A stretch of 64,000 nt of DNA from an uncultured Gammaproteobacteria bacterium (GTDB taxonomy: Bacteria; Pseudomonadota; Gammaproteobacteria; UBA9214): positions 110,109-174,108 of the forward strand of contig CAWHCQ010000004.1 in assembly GCA_963827755.1 (NCBI GenBank), given 5' to 3'. Positions 60,710 to 64,000 of the stretch are shown in pieces. The notes under the pieces were generated by a model. It saw only the letters and a list, made by a program, of their open reading frames with translations, did not search any database and was not told the origin of the DNA. The position numbers and the translations under genes were made by a program. Each line of letters begins with the position of its first letter. Position 1 is the stretch's first letter.

Positions 60710-61447
60710 TCAGTTGGGCATGATTACCGTGTCGATAACGTGAATTACGCCGTTGCTTGTCACGATATCAGCCACGATTACATTGGCGCCGTCAATTTTT
60801 ACGCCATCTGTCACGTCAATAGTGACATTTGAACCCTGTACTGTCCTGGCAGAATCCAGCTTTACAACTTCACCGGAACTCACGGCGCCTGGCACCACGT
60901 GATATGTAAGTACCTGTGTCAGGGCGTCCTTGTCAGCGAGCAGAGCGACAAGCTGATCTTGCGGGATCTTCGCAAACGCATCATCAGTCGGGGCAAATAC
61001 AGTGAAGGGTCCGTCACCTTTCAGTGTGTCAACCAGACCGGCTGCCTGTACCGCTGTGACCAGCGTTGAAAAATTGCCGGCATTGATGGCGGTATCGACG
61101 ATGTCTTTGTCTGCCTGGGCGGGTTCTGCTGCTTTGGCGGGTTCTGCCATGGGCGCATGCTCATACATAGCGTGATGACCCATCCGATAGCTCTTTGCAT
61201 TCGCATATCCCCCGTATCTGCCATACGAGCCGGGGTAAGCGTAATTAGCGTTGTTGGTCGTGCGATGCACCATCGGGACGAGATTGGCCGGGTACGCCTG
61301 CATCCGCTCACCCATGCCTGACTGATAAGCCTGCTTATGATAGGTTTTGTTGCTGCCGCAGTGGCCGGCACTGGCAGTCAGAGGTGCAGCAATCAGTGCT
61401 GATCCCAGGGCTGCCGCAAGCAGTTTTAAATTAAGTGTCGTTTTCAT
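60710..61447 (-). CDS. Secreted fasciclin (FAS1) domain protein
   Basis: Signal peptide; [33 protein letters not shown]; RBS GGAGG. Confidence 0.95.
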   Translation of the reverse strand: MKTTLNLKLLAAALGSALIAAPLTASAGHCGSNKTYHKQAYQSGMGERMQAYPANLVPMVHRTTNNANYAYPGSYGRYGGYANAKSYRMGHHAMYEHAPMAEPAKAAEPAQADKDIVDTAINAGNFSTLVTAVQAAGLVDTLKGDGPFTVFAPTDDAFAKIPQDQLVALLADKDALTQVLTYHVVPGAVSSGEVVKLDSARTVQGSNVTIDVTDGVKIDGANVIVADIVTSNGVIHVIDTVIMPN

Positions 61448-61620
61448 CGGGTCGTACCTCCGTTGATGTGAATTTTCAGAAAAGGCTCGCAGTGAGAGCC
61501 ATTCCTGTTTGGTTAGCAACAATATGCTCGTGAAGCTCAAACTTTTTCGACATGCTATACCTACTCAAGTGATGCTTTTGTGTGTATCTCATTTAGTTAG
61601 TCAATTCAGCTGATGGATGC

Positions 61621-61875
61621 CTAGGCTGCCAGTGGTGCATGAACGACTGTGTCAGCAGGATCGTGATACTCGTTAAGTGCCATATCATCGGGATCGGACC
61701 AGACATCGGCCAGCCATCTCCTGAGTTCCATTTCATCACGCAGCGCCTCCAGTTTTTTGCGAGCCCTGGCGTTGCGCAGGCTTTTCGTGCGGCGTGCATT
61801 TTTGCGTACCTCGTTTACCAGGGACTTCTCAATGCTGTCACTGGTGATTTCTGTCATTTCCGTCATTTCTTTCAT
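61621..61875 (-). CDS. Small charged protein (PA3496/DUF3545-like)
   Basis: RBS GGAGG; ARKKLEALRDEMELRRWLAD helix. Confidence 0.6.
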   Translation of the reverse strand: MKEMTEMTEITSDSIEKSLVNEVRKNARRTKSLRNARARKKLEALRDEMELRRWLADVWSDPDDMALNEYHDPADTVVHAPLAA

Positions 61876-62220
61876 GATGACCTCCAGGATCTCAGGTGAT
61901 GGTTTGCTGGTAATGTAGTGCCAAGACTCAATCCCCGGCCGGTACCGGCAGATCTGCGCTGGCGTAGATTGCAGGTGCCAGTAAGATCGCCTGTATGCCG
62001 TGGTAATCCATGTCCAGACAATGTCCAATGATGGTTGCTCCAACATTGTCTGCTTCCACAAAGCGCAATTGGGCAGTCAGGTCTTCACTATATTGCCTTT
62101 GCGATGACCTAAAATTCATTTCAGAACAATAAGTTAAGTTATGGTGGCTATTACTCTTTGTTTTCGTAAAGGTGGATGCCATGGTATTGCCCTCTGTAAT
62201 CATTGTGCCTGTGAACATCA

Positions 62221-62275
62221 TTTGTCTAGGACAATACCTAACAAGCAGCCCCGTGTCAAGACAATGTATAGTACA
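62221..62275 (-). promoter_or_regulatory. Leftward sigma70 promoter overlapped by operator-like boxes
   Basis: Minus strand TTGACA (62259-62254)-N17-TATTGT (62236-62231). Dyads TTTGTC-TAG-GACAAT (62221) and TGTA-TAG-TACA (62265). TGTnnA boxes at 62254 and 62265 are 11 bp apart. Confidence 0.7.
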
Positions 62276-62331
62276 AATCTCTCAATACAAGGCAGAACTG
62301 GACCTGCAAACCCTAACTTACTGGTGTGATT

Positions 62332-63309
62332 ATGATTTCAAAGGCTACAGAGAAGGCATCCGGCTACAAAATTGGTGTGGTTTCCAGGCTGACAGGCATC
62401 CCGGCCGAGACGCTGCGCATCTGGGAGCGGCGCTACGACACCGTGACACCCGGGCGTACCCAGGCGGGCGATCGCCTCTACAGCGCCGCTGACATCACAA
62501 GACTGCGGCTCATCAAACAACTCGTCGATCGTGGCGACAGCATCGGTTCAGTTGCCTCCCTGCACGCAGAGGCACTTCAGGCTCGCGTCAACGAGGTGCG
62601 CGCAGCTGCTGCCCAGACTCCACGGTTGCATCCGCGCGCGCCACTACGCCTGCTGGTCATTGGTGATGTATTGTCTGTGAAATTGCAGAAACACACAGAT
62701 GCGCTGGAAGAAGTAGAGCTCGCCGCCACCTACCGGGATGAGCATGCCTTCGAAAACGAGATCGGCCATACAGCCGCTGATGTGATGATCATCGATCAGC
62801 CGACGCTGCAGGCAGATACCATTACCCGGGTGGTCAACTGGCTGACAAGATCGAAAATAGCGCATGCCGTGATTGTTTACCGCTATGCCAGCGATGCGAT
62901 ACTCAAACAACTGCCTCAATCGAAATGCTCGACATTGCGTGCCCCCGTCGAAGCACAGACCCTGCTGGAGCATTGTCAGACACTTGCCGGGAGAGCTGCA
63001 TCAGTCTCGACAAATGATACAACGGCAGATATTGCCAACACGGCACCGGCGCCAGCGCGCCGCTTTGATGATGAAACACTGGCGCGAATTGCGGCTATTT
63101 CTCCAACCATCAAGTGTGAATGCCCTCATCATCTCGCTGAACTCATCACCAGTCTGAGTGCATTTGAGCAGTACAGCTTTGAATGTGAAAGCGCCAGTCC
63201 GCATGATGCGGCCCTGCATGCATACCTGAATAATACGGCATCACATGCGAGACATATGATTGAAGATGCCCTGGAGCTGGTGATTGAGGCAGAAGATTTA
63301 AAAATCTGA
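62332..63309 (+). CDS. MerR-family regulator with CarH-like HTH and C-terminal CECPHH motif
   Basis: YKIGVVSRLTGIPAETLRIWERRY..V.P.R; no W-x9-EH/ExH B12 motif; KCECPHHL, YSFEC, LHAYL. Confidence 0.85.
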   Translation: MISKATEKASGYKIGVVSRLTGIPAETLRIWERRYDTVTPGRTQAGDRLYSAADITRLRLIKQLVDRGDSIGSVASLHAEALQARVNEVRAAAAQTPRLHPRAPLRLLVIGDVLSVKLQKHTDALEEVELAATYRDEHAFENEIGHTAADVMIIDQPTLQADTITRVVNWLTRSKIAHAVIVYRYASDAILKQLPQSKCSTLRAPVEAQTLLEHCQTLAGRAASVSTNDTTADIANTAPAPARRFDDETLARIAAISPTIKCECPHHLAELITSLSAFEQYSFECESASPHDAALHAYLNNTASHARHMIEDALELVIEAEDLKI

Positions 63310-63370
63310 TGCGCCAACCCGAAATATCCGGCATCCACTCCGCCTTGCAGTTGCCTGTGTTGCAGATTAT

Positions 63371-64000
<630 letters not shown>

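Overview
GC-rich gammaproteobacterial chromosomal segment. I saw no rRNA, tRNA or CRISPR array. The first ~16 kb is mostly core genome: parC 3' end, a frameshifted class III nucleotide cyclase, DUF1015, FimX- and FimW-like c-di-GMP receptors, epmB-efp-epmA, an MCE/Mla-type ABC system and trmJ-cysE-iscR. The rest is accessory. (i) Hsp20 with a sigma32 promoter, PilZ, an RND efflux operon and EAL/HD-GYP proteins. (ii) A B12-binding CarH/LitR photoreceptor divergent from a photo-oxidative-stress-type cluster (DUF393, small membrane proteins, cupredoxin, CsgA-like SDR, hemH). (iii) An effector-less Zorya-like ZorA/ZorB motor whose ZorA tail carries exact-period 120-bp (40-aa) tandem repeats, flanked by several internally deleted mini-genes. 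(iv) cpxP-like/cpxR/cpxA with four phased CpxR boxes. (v) An ion-channel cluster (GluR0-like K+ channel, large MscS, ZntB, TRIC). (vi) A second light-related locus (BLUF, fasciclin, a MerR regulator with a CECPHH motif) that shares a 14/15-bp operator-like palindrome with the CarH locus 33 kb away, plus a REP cluster around a probable RAYT remnant. All family calls come from motif recognition by eye; no database searches were run.
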